This document shows positions 12,234 to 22,236 of a stretch of DNA of 64,000 bases, piece after piece. Each line of letters begins with the position of its first letter. The first letter of the stretch is position 1. Both the position numbers and the translations under genes were made by a program. This stretch comes from Squalus acanthias (lineage: Eukaryota). The stretch covers positions 128,900,001 to 128,964,000 of the forward strand of contig CM059432.1 in the NCBI GenBank assembly GCA_030390025.1, written 5' to 3'. The notes under the pieces are model-generated. The model did not search any database. It was not told where the DNA came from and saw only the letters and a program-made list of their open reading frames with translations.

Positions 12234-12974
12234 CCAACACCGCCTTCAGTGTGCCAGTGCAGCCTTCGGTCGCCTTCGGAAGAGAATGTTTGAAGTCCAG
12301 GACCTCAAACCCGGCACCAAGCTCATGGTCTACAGCGCAGTAGTGATACCCGCCCTCCTGTATGCCTCAGAGACATGGACCATGTACAGCAGGCACCTCA
12401 AAGCACTGGAGAGGTACCACCAATGCTGCCTCCACAAGATCCTGCAAATCCATTGGCAAGATAGGCGCACCAACGTCAGTGTACTCGCTCAGGCCAACAT
12501 CCCCAGCATCGAAGCTTTGACCACGCTCGATCAGCTCCGATGGACGGGCCGCATCGTCCGCATGCCCGATACGAGACTCCCAAAACAAGCGCTCTACTCA
12601 GAGCTCCGACACGGCAAGAGAGCCCCAGGTGGGCAGAGGAAACGCTTCAAGGACACCCTTAAAGCCTCCTTGAAAAAGTGCAACATCCCCACCGACACCT
12701 GGGAATCCCTGGCCCAAGACCGCACAAAGTGGAGGAGAAGCATCCGGGAAGGCGCCGAACACCTCGAGTCTCTTCGCCGGGAGCAAGCAGAAGCCAAGCG
12801 CAAGGAGCACACGTCAACCCAAGCACCCCACCCACCCGCCCCTTCAACCACCGTCTGCTCCACCTGTGACAGAGGCTGTAGGTCCCGCATTGGACTCATC
12901 AGTCACCTGAGAACTCATTTTTAAAGTGGAAGCAAGTCATCCTCGTTTCCGAGGGACTGCCTAAGAAGAAGGAG
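12234..12974 (+). mobile_element. RTE-clade LINE 3' fragment
   Basis: ASAAFGRLRKR, LLYASETWT, QLRWTG..RMPDTRLPK, C-terminal CCHH (CSTC...HLRTH); (GAA)n tail; TSD CTATTATTGT. Confidence 0.9.
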
Positions 12975-15748
12975 CTATTATTGTAGCGAGCTACAACAAC
13001 AGGCCAACCCTCATGGGCAAAGACTGGTTGAGAAAGTTAGAACTAGACTGGAAAAACATCTTCAGTGTAGATGCTTCAAAGAAGCGACTCGGCACAATGC
13101 TGAACAAGTATAAAAGCATGATCTCAGACAGTTATGAGGGCATCACTGGGTATGACGTGCACATCCGCATCAAGTCCAACGCGAAGCCTGTCTATTGTAA
13201 GGTAGGGCCGGTTCCCCTATGCATTGAAAAGTCAGCTGGAGGAAGAACTAGAGAAACTGAGAGAGAATGGAGTGCTCGTAAAAACTGACAAAAGTGAATG
13301 GGCTACCCCGATTGTGGTAGTGCCCAAAGCAGACAAAACTATACGCTTGTGTGGTGACTACAAAATTACTATCAACCAAGCAGTTAACAATGAGCAGTAC
13401 CCGTTACCTACATCACAAGATTTGTATGCAGCCCTCTCTGTGTCAAAGGTTTTCTCTAAGCTTGACCTGTCGCACACTTACGCTCAGCTGAATGTTGACA
13501 AAGAGAATCAACAGTATCTCACTATCAACACACACAAGGGACTGTACTCATACACCAAGCTGCCGTATGGTGTAAAGTCCTCCCCCAAAATCTTCCAGGC
13601 TACGATGGATAAGATTTTGCAAGGAATTCCAAATTGCTTATGCAATCAAGACGATGTGCTGATCGCAACAAGCAGCGAGGAAGAAAATCTAGATGTGTTA
13701 GATTTAGTGCTTCAAAGGTTGTATTCCCACAATGTCAAATTGAAAAGGCGCAAATGTGCTATTGTGCAGCCCAAGGTTGTGTACCTTGGTTTGAAAGTTG
13801 ATGCAAATGGCTTGCAATCAGTTAAGGAAAAGGCTGATGCTGTCATCAATGCGCCAAAGCCACAGAACATGCCTGAGTTAAGATCTTTCCTTGGAATGGT
13901 CCAGTACTATGCACGTTTCTTACCTGAGTTAGCGACCATGTTAGCTCCATTGCACAAGCTCCTCAAGAAGGATGTCCAGTGGAAATGGACAAAAGCGCAG
14001 CAGGAAGCTTACGACACTTGTAAGAGAAGTCTCTCTAGCGATGCTCTACTGGTGCACTACGACACAGAGCATGGGCTTAAGTTAGCGAGTGATGCTTCCA
14101 GCTATGGTGTGGGAGCTGTCATTAGCCACGTAATCGGCCGAGAGAAACCAATCGCTTTCGCATTGCGAACCCTCACAAAGAGCGAAAGAAACTACGAGCA
14201 AATTGAACAGGAAGCACTCGCCATAGTGTTTGGAATCAAGAAATTCCAACAGTTCCTGATCGGCAGAAAGTTTACCCTGATAACCGATACAAACCGCTCC
14301 TAGCAATATTGGGGCCCAAATCTGCCATCCCTGTAGTGGCCGCATCAAGAATGCAACATTGAGCAGTGTTGTTGTCACAATATGACTACACGATTGAATA
14401 TTGCACTTCAAAGCAAAACGCAATCGCAGATGCCTTGTCCAGGTTGCCACATGAAGACTCATGTGTTGGGAGTGAAGGTGAGATTTTCATGCTAGGTGCA
14501 GTTGACAAAGATTTTCCCATGATTGCAACTGAGATTGCAAATGAGACTCAAAAGGACTCAGTACTGCAAAGAGTGTATGAAAACACCTTGAATGAATGGA
14601 CTGATCAGTGTCTGGACACAGAGTTGAAACCATTCCATAAGTGTCGTACTGAATTGTCTTGTGAGCAAGGTTGTATTGTGAAGGAATAAGCCATATAACC
14701 TATTCAGAAAAATACACCATTCTATGAAAGAATTCTGGCCTTATTAAAACATGACAAACTGGGTCTGGAAATCTAGAAACCTAACTATTAAAAAGCTGTG
14801 AAAGCATTCTGGCAATAGAGATAAGATAGTTGTTGACTCTGAATCAATAACCTTATTGAAACAGAAGGTTAAAGGCTCCCAACAGGCTGACCTTTGGGAA
14901 CAAAACAATGGTTCACCCTGTACAAGGTGTTCTAATTTACACTTCGTAAAAAAGCACAAACATCTGCCTTCGTAAAAATGACATCAAGTAAAACACACCT
15001 GCCGTTACACCATTTTTAATGATAAACTCAGAACACCTAGAGAAGAGACATAATTCTGTAATGCTACCAGCTGAGGTGACTGTAAGAATTGCAGGGGTCA
15101 GCAGAAAAATGACTAGAGATAATTAGCTTACATCAGCAGAAAATCTTAAAGGAAATACCATTGGAAAAGGTTATAAATATTGAACTCTCAAATGGGATAA
15201 CAGACTCGCTTTAAAGGTGCAAGGCGATTCTCAGCTTCAGAGGTGGCTCTGTAAGTCTCCAACTCTTTGTACCTCGGGTATCAAAGGTATTTGATTTTGG
15301 TGGATATCCTGTAGAAAACTAAGAACTGTAAAACGGTAGCGAAGTTAAGATTTGAGAGTAAGGATCTCTGATAATAGAATTGTAAGCTTTCTCTTTTTGG
15401 AACTGTTAATGTTGTGATTGACTCACCAACTGTAAACTGCATGTCGGTTCTTTAATAAATCTATATATTTTTAGAATTGTCTCACAGAAGACTTCTGTAT
15501 CAAACTCACAAACTCAATCTCTGTACACTCTTTGGTGAGGAGTTGCAGAATTCTGGGGGAGTTTTCTGGACCCTCATAATATCTGGAACGTTACAGTCTA
15601 GCTAAACTTATTAAAAGTGCTATCTGGAGGACGGTAACATTTTCAGGTTGTTCCTTTCCTTTATGCGGAGATGCCGGTGTTGGACTGGGGTGGACAAAAA
15701 TGAGAAGTCGCACAACACCAGGTTATAGTCCAACAGTTTTATTTAAAA

Positions 15749-15786
15749 TTACGAGCTTTCGGAGCTGCTGCCCCTTCATCAGGTAG
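15749..15786 (-). ncRNA. Minimal hammerhead ribozyme motif
   Basis: Minus strand CTGATGA-A-GGGGC-AGCA-GCTCC-GAAAGCTCGTA. Confidence 0.7.
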
Positions 15787-16147
15787 AGGTACATTGAGGG
15801 AATCTATTACCGCACCCATGAGGACGGCCTCAATAGGGATCTCGGGTTCATGTCACGCTACAGAACGTGACTCGACATCGTTGTCTGTCTTTCCAGTTTA
15901 AAAAAAAACACACAAAAAAAACCAACCAAAAAAAAAACAACCAAGGAAAAAAAAAGAAAAAAAGAAAAGTTGAAAGCTCAACTGCAGACGGCAACATTTG
16001 ACACGTTGGACCCCCTGTGACCCATCTCATTGTCTTAGCTGTACTCTGAAGTGTCTTTGATGTAATGCCTTCCTAACAGATTGTATCTCTGCAGACAAAT
16101 TGCTTTCTGTGTATATATACTGTGTAATAGATTCCCTCACTGTACCT

Positions 16148-16186
16148 CTACCTGACGAAGGGGCAGCAGCTCCGAAAGCTCGTAAT
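16148..16186 (+). ncRNA. Minimal hammerhead ribozyme motif
   Basis: CTGACGA-A-GGGGC-AGCA-GCTCC-GAAAGCTCGTA. Confidence 0.7.
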
Positions 16187-17666
16187 TTTAAATAAAACTG
16201 TTGGACTATAACCTGGTGTTGTGCGACTTCTCATTTTTGTCCTTTCCTTTAGGGAGAGATAGTCCAGACCTTTAGACCCAATTAAGCGTCTTTAGGATTC
16301 GGCTACCTCAAACTTTAGTTGAAAGTGAACGTCTGAGAAATACGCCTGATCTGGGGTAGCCCTAAAGGGGCTAGGACTAGTAATTATCCCTTCAGTATCA
16401 AGTGGGGAAACAGAGTGGTGGTACCTACTTCTTTGAGAGATAGAATTCTGGCCATCCAGGGATCGTCAATATGAAATCAATTGCAAGAAGCTTTTTTTAC
16501 TGGCCTGGATTGGACAGTGATCTTGAATCACTTGTCAGCAAATGCAGTGTTTGGCAAAATTTCAGAAACAAACCACCCAAAACTCCACTACAACCCTGGT
16601 CATGGCCAAATAGACCTTTTCAGAGAATACATGTAGACTTCTGTGAGAAAGCAAATGATTATTTCCTGGTACTTGCAGATAGTCACTCAAAGTGGATTGA
16701 AGTGAAACACAAGGGTTTAAATGCTACAACTGAACATACCATAGATGAGTTGAGGTCTTTCTTCGCATGTCATGGCTTACCTGAAGAGCTTGTTTCTGAC
16801 AATGGCCCTCAGTTCCATTCTGCTCTATTCCAAGAGTTCATGAAATGGAATGGTATCAAACACACTCTCGTTCCACCAGATCATCAGCCGAAAGGTCAGT
16901 CAGAATAGTGAAAGAAGCTCTCAAAAAGCAAGTGTTGCAAGGTAGTTCAGGACTCAGCATGAAGCAACGTTTGGCAAATTTCTTGCTGAAGTATAGAACT
17001 ACTCCGCACACTACAACTGGGTATACCCCAGCAGAACTCTTGATGAAGAGGAGATTGAGAACACGATTGAGTCTTGTTCAACCAAATTTGGCCTCGAGTT
17101 GAACAGAAACAGTTGAGTCAGAAACGTTATTATGACACCAATCAGAAAGAATGCAGTTTCAAACAAAACGAGTGTGTTTGTGTTCTCAGTCCCCCTGGCA
17201 AGTTGAGTTCACACAACTGGGATATAGGAACCATAGTAGAGGTTGGTGGAACCAAGAGATATTTGGTTGAAATTGGTGACAACATCTGAAGTATTCATGT
17301 AGATCAAATGATCTCTGCTAGAGATGAACCAAGACATGATTGTGAACCACTTGATCATGAACTCATACATGAGTTTGACTCAGTTCAGACTTCAGTAACT
17401 GAAGTACCAGGTTCAAACAAATCTGAAATAGAAACAGGATCATCTTTGAGTTTGGAACCAGAACAAAACAGCTCAAAAATTGGTTCAACACCACAAACCT
17501 GTTATTAAACTGGGTTTGTAGTTCATTTGTAGCATTTGTAGTTGATTTAAAAGAAAAAAAGCCAGGAGTTTTTGTTATGTGGTACATGTAATGCTGGGAA
17601 ACGTGGGACCATAGTTTTCTTGTATTTGAGGGGGGAATATATGCATTTTTTTTAAGGGAAAAGCAG

Positions 17667-17802
17667 TGTAATGTATTATCACATGGTTTGTCACATGGTT
17701 TAGTATGAGCATGCTCAGTTCGCTCTGGTCTAGTAAACAAGCACCTTGACTAGCAGCTCATCGTGTCTCTGTCCTTCATTTGTTCTACCCACATATATTA
17801 CA
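17667..17802 (+). repeat. Gypsy 3' LTR (136 bp)
   Basis: Direct repeat of 4834-4968, preceded by PPT, followed by TSD CCTCC. Confidence 0.95.
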
Positions 17803-20800
17803 CCTCCTCCACCAGGACCTCCAGTGCCGTGTCCGAGAACCTGTGCGCCCTGTCACTCGGTCCCTGAGCCATCCTGAAACCCGCCGCTGTGTGCCAGCCA
17901 GCACATGCCACACCGTCAGTGGAAGTGGGTGAGTGGAGCCCACATATACTGCTCCATGAAAATTGCATCTAATCAGCTCTTGAGTGCCTGCAGGTGTCTC
18001 TGTTTTAGCACCCCCAGGCAAGTTCAAATTATGGTAATCAACAATTAGGACCAAAATTGCATAATAAAACCAGACTTTCAAACAGGCGTGTCTTATTAGC
18101 ACAGCATCCATTTAGCACTTGTTTACACCCTTTCACCAAAATAACCCCACAGCCTTTAAAAAGAAGAAAGTAAAGTACTTAATTATGCTGTAGGGTAAGT
18201 ATCAAGGCTCAGAGTTGTTAATATCAGGCAAATGTTAGGAGTGACAATTATGATCAGCAACAATGACAGAGGTGTCAGCCTTGGTTCAGTGGGAGCACTC
18301 TCAGCTCAGAGTCAGAGGTTGTGGGTTCAAGTCCCACTCCAGAGACTTGAGCATATAATCTAGGCTGACATTACAGTGCAATACTGAGGGAGTGCTGCAC
18401 TGTCAGAGGTGCCATCGTTTGAATGAGACATTGAACCGAGGGCCCGTCTGCCTTCTCAGGTGGACATAAAAGATCCCATGGTAATATTTTGAAGAAGAGC
18501 AGGAGGGTTATCCCTGGTATCCTGGACAATATTCATTCCTCAACCAATATCACTAAAGAAAAGATTTTTTTTAAATTCGTTTGTGGGAAGTGGGCGTCGT
18601 TGGCAAAGCCAGCATTTATTGCCCATCCCTAATTGCCCTTGAGAAGGAGGTGGTGAGCTGCCATCTTGAACCACTGCAGTCCGTGTGGTGAAGGTACTCC
18701 CACAGTGCTGTTAGGGAGGGAGTTCCAGGATTTTGACCCAGCGACGATGAAGGAACGGCGATATACTTCTAAGTCAGGATGGTGTGTGACTTGGAGGGGA
18801 ACTTGGAGGTGATGGTGTTTCCATGCGCCTGCTGCCCTTGTCCTTCTAGGTGGAAGAGGTTGCGGGTTTGGGAGGTGCTGCTGAAGAAGTCTTGGCGAGC
18901 TGCTGCAGTGCATCTTGTAGATGGTGCACACTGCAGCCACGGTACGCCGGTGATGGAGGGAGTGAATGTTTAAGGTGGTGGATGGGGTGCCAATCAAGCG
19001 GGCTGCTTTGTCCTGAATGGTGTCGAGCTTCTTGAGTGTTGTTGGAACTGCACTCAGTCAGGCAAGTGGAGAGTATTCCATCACACTCCTTACTTGTGCC
19101 TTGTAAATGGTGGAAAGGGTTTGGGAGTTGGGAGGTGAGACACTCGCCGCAGAATACCTAGCCTCTGACATGCTCTTGTTGCCACAGTATTTATGTGGCT
19201 GGTCCAGTTAAGATTCTGGTCAATGGTGACCCCCCAGGATGTTGATGGTGGGGGGTTCAGCGATGGTAATGCCATTGAATGTCAAGGGGAGGTGATTAGA
19301 CTCTCGTTTGTTGGAGATAGTCATTGCCTGGCACTTCTGTGGCGCAAATGTTACCTGCCACTTATCAGCCCAAGCTTGAACGTCGTCCAGGTCTTGTTGG
19401 ATACGGGCATGGACTGCTTCATTATCTGAGGAGTTGTGAATGGCGCTGAACACTGTGCAGTCATCAGCGAACATCCCCATTTCTGACCTTATGTTGGAGG
19501 GAAGGTCATTGATGAAGCAGCTGAAGATGGTTGGGCCTAGGACACTGCCCTGAGGAACTCCTGCAGCGATGTCCTGGGGCTGTGATGATTGACCTTCAAC
19601 CACCACAACCATCTTCCTTTGTGCTAGGTATGACTCCAGCTAGTGGAGCATTTTCCCCCTGATTCCCATTAACTTCAGTTTTACTAGGACTCCTTGATGC
19701 CACACTCGGTCAAATGCTGCCTTGATGTCAAGGGCAGTCACTCTCACCTCACCGCTGGAATTCAGCTCCTTTGTCCATGTTTGGACCAAGGTTGTAATGA
19801 GGTCAGGAGCTGAGTGGTCTTGGAGGAACCCAAACTGGGCATCAGTGAGCAGGTTATTGGTGAGTAAGTGCCGCTTGATAGCACTGTCGATGACACCTTC
19901 CATCACTTTGCTGATGATTGAGAGTAGACTGCTGGGGCGGTAATTGGCCGGGTTGGATTTGTCCTGCTTTTTGTGGACAGGACAAACCTGGGCAGTTTTC
20001 CACATTGTCGGACAGATGGCAGCGTTGTAGCTGTACTGGAACAGCTTGGCTAGAGGCATGGCTAATTCTGGAGCAAAAGTCTTCAGTACAATAGCCAGGA
20101 TAATGTTGGGGTCCATAGCCTTTGCTGTATCCAGTGTGCTCAGCCATTTCTTGATATCACGGGGAGTGAATCGAATTGGCTGAAGACTGGCTTCTGTGAT
20201 GGTGGGGACCTCAGGAGTAGGCCGATATGGATCATCCACTCGGCACGTCTGGCTGAAGATGGTTGCAAACACTTCAGCCTTGTCTTTTGCACTCACGTGC
20301 TGGGCTCCACCATCATTGAGGATGGGGATATTCATGGAGCCTCCTCCTCCCGTTAGTTGTTTAATGGTCCACCACCATTCACGACTGGATGTGGCAGGAC
20401 TGCAGAGCTTTGATCTGATCCGTTGATTGTGGGATCGCTTAGCCCTGTCTATAGCATGCTGCTTCCGCTTTTTAGCATGCATGTAGTCAGTCCTGTGTTG
20501 CAGCTTCCCCAGCTTGGAACCTCATTTTTAGGTATGCCTGGTGCTGCTCCTGGCATGTTCTTCTACACTCCTTATTGAACCAGTGTTGGTCCCCTGGCTT
20601 GATGGTAATGGTAGAGTGAGGGATATGCCGGGCCATGAGGTTACAGATTGTGGTGGAATACAATTCTGCTGCTGCTGATGGCCCACGGCGCCTCACTGAT
20701 CCTAGATTTGAGCTGCTAGATCTGTTCTGAATCTATCCCATTTAACACGGTGGTAGTGCCACACAACACGATGGAGGGTGTCCTCAGTGTGAAGACGGGA

Positions 20801-21800
20801 CTTCGTCTCCACAATGACTGAGCGGTGGTCACTGCTACCAATACTGCCATGGACAGATGCATCTGCGACAGGTAGGTTGGTGAGGATGAGGTCAAGTAGG
20901 TTTCTCCCTCGTGTTGGTTCTCTCACCACCTGTCACAGGCTCAGACTGGCAGCTATGTCCTTCAGGACTCGGCCAGCTTGGTCAGTAGTGGTGCTACCGA
21001 GCCGCACTTGGTGATGGACATTGAAGTCCCCCACTCAGAGTATTTTTTCAGCCCTTGCTACTCTCAGTGCTTCTTCCAAATGGTGTTCAACATGGAGGAG
21101 TACTGATTCATCATCTGAGGGAGGGCGGTAGGTGGTAATCAGCAGGAGGTTTCCTTGCCCATGCTTGACCTGAAGCCATGAGACTTCATGGGGTCCGGAG
21201 TCAATGTTGAGGACTCCCAGGGCCACTCCTTCCCGACTGTATCCCACTGTGCCGCCACCCCTGGTAGGTCTGTCCTGACGGTGGGACAGGACATACCCAG
21301 GGATGGTGATGGAGGAGTTTGGGACATTGGCTGAAAGGTATGATTCTGTGAGTATGACTATGTCAGGCTGTTGCTTGATTAGTCTGTGGGACAGCTCTCC
21401 CAATTTCGGCACAAGTCCCCAGATGTTGGTGAGGAGGACTTTGGCAGGGTCGACTGGGCTGGGTGTGCCATTGCCGTGTCCGTAGCCGGTGCCGAGGTCG
21501 ATGCCGGGTGGTCTGTCCGGTTTTATTCTCATTATTGTGTTTCGTAGCGGTTTGTTACAACTGAGTGACTTGCTAGGCCATTTCAGAGGGCAGTTAAGAG
21601 TCAACCACATTGCTGTGGGTCTGGAGTCACATATAGGCCAGACCAGGTAAGGACGGCAGATTTTCTTCCCGAAAGGACATTAGTGAACCAGATGGGTTTT
21701 TAACGACAATCCGATAGTTTCATGGTTACCATTACTGATACTAGTAATTATTCCAGATTTATTTAATTAACTGAATTTAAATTCCCCAGCTGCCGTGGTG

Positions 21801-22236
21801 GGATTTGAACTCACGGGCTTGACAAAGTAGACGCAGAGAGGATGTTTCCCCTCGTGGGGGAATCTAGAACTAGGGGGCATAATTTCAGAATAAGGGGGCA
21901 TCCTTTTAAATCAGAAATGAGGAGGAATTTCTTCTCTCAGAGGGTCATGAATCTTTGGAATTCTCTTCCCCAGAGAGCTGCGGAGGCTGGGTCATTGAAT
22001 ATATTTAGGGTGGAGATAGACAGATTTTTGAAAGGTGAGGGAGTCAAGGGTTATGGGGAGCGGGCAGGGAAGTGGAGTTGAGGTCAAGATCAGATCAGCC
22101 ATGATCTTATCGAATGGCGGAGCAGGCTCGAGGGGCCAAATGGCCTACTCCTGCTCCTACGTCTTATGTTCTTAAGTCTCTGGATCATTAGTCTAGGCTT
22201 CTGGATTACTAGCCCAGTGATATTACCACTACGCTA
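21801..22236 (-). promoter_or_regulatory. Pol III internal promoter (A box 22226-22236, B box 21801-21812), separated by a later CR1 insertion
   Basis: TAGCGTAGTGG matches TRGCNNARYGG; GAGTTCAAATCC matches GTTCRANNC. Confidence 0.7.
21815..22174 (+). mobile_element. CR1 3' fragment
   Basis: ORF 21842-22081 (RTRGHNFRI...FFSQRVMNLWNSLP); tail TCTTATGTTCTTA. Confidence 0.9.

Larger units (their letters stand above)
15664..16239. mobile_element. Penelope (Neptune-type) 3' fragment with inverted pLTR, inside the solo LTR
   Basis: TSD TCCTTTCCTTTA; ~15691-15810 is an inverted copy of ~16125-16242; + strand encodes THEDGLNRDLGFMSRY (GIY-YIG ORF C-terminus). Confidence 0.85.
14679..16394 (+). mobile_element. 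Solo LTR (retroviral/LTR-element) inserted in the Gypsy integrase N-terminal region
   Basis: Inverted ends TGAAGG...CCTTCA; TATAAA ~15173 and AATAAA ~15454; flanks GTATTG/GTATCA; pol reads CEQGCI|.WGNRVVVP across it. Confidence 0.75.
12090..17290 (+). pseudogene. pol: Gypsy pol (protease C-terminus, RT, RNase H, integrase), disrupted
   Basis: WATPIVVVPK, RLCGDYK, LDLS, LPYGV, NQDD, FLGMVQYY, DASSYGVGAV, EQEALAIVFG; integrase HPG...MKSIARSFFYWPG, RIHVDF, VSDNGPQF, YRTTPH. Confidence 0.95.
4834..17802 (+). mobile_element. Ty3/Gypsy LTR retrotransposon (disrupted), with six nested insertions
   Basis: LTRs 4834-4968 and 17667-17802 (TGTAA...TTACA); 5-bp TSD CCTCC; PBS TGGCGACGAG after the 5' LTR; PPT AAGGGAAAAGCAG before the 3' LTR; gag-PR-RT-RH-IN order. 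Confidence 0.95.
2266..18149 (-). mobile_element. Degenerate PIF/Harbinger-like element (outer host of the nested cluster) with Myb/SANT-like gene remnant
   Basis: Left end GGGGGCAATTTT (2266), right end AAAATAACCCC (~18138-18148). Minus strand reads MAQGPSDRAHRFSDTALEVLVEE from 17872 and continues as DVLYPQG on the other side of the Gypsy (~4828), matching ALEALVQEVDRRRDVLYPQ of the Myb ORF at 31885. Termini are imperfect. Confidence 0.5.

Noticed and set aside
12178..12924. 248-aa chimeric ORF as a gene (also 24374-24940)
   Set aside because: Accidental in-frame fusion across an insertion junction marked by a TSD.
18271..18345. tRNA gene (also 21790-22244)
   Set aside because: A/B boxes are present but there is no complete cloverleaf or terminator, and they continue into repeat bodies; these are tRNA-derived heads.
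8911..20482. Retron, group II intron or DGR reverse transcriptases
   Set aside because: All RTs sit in standard CR1, Gypsy or CR1-group LINE architectures with APE or RNase H/integrase.
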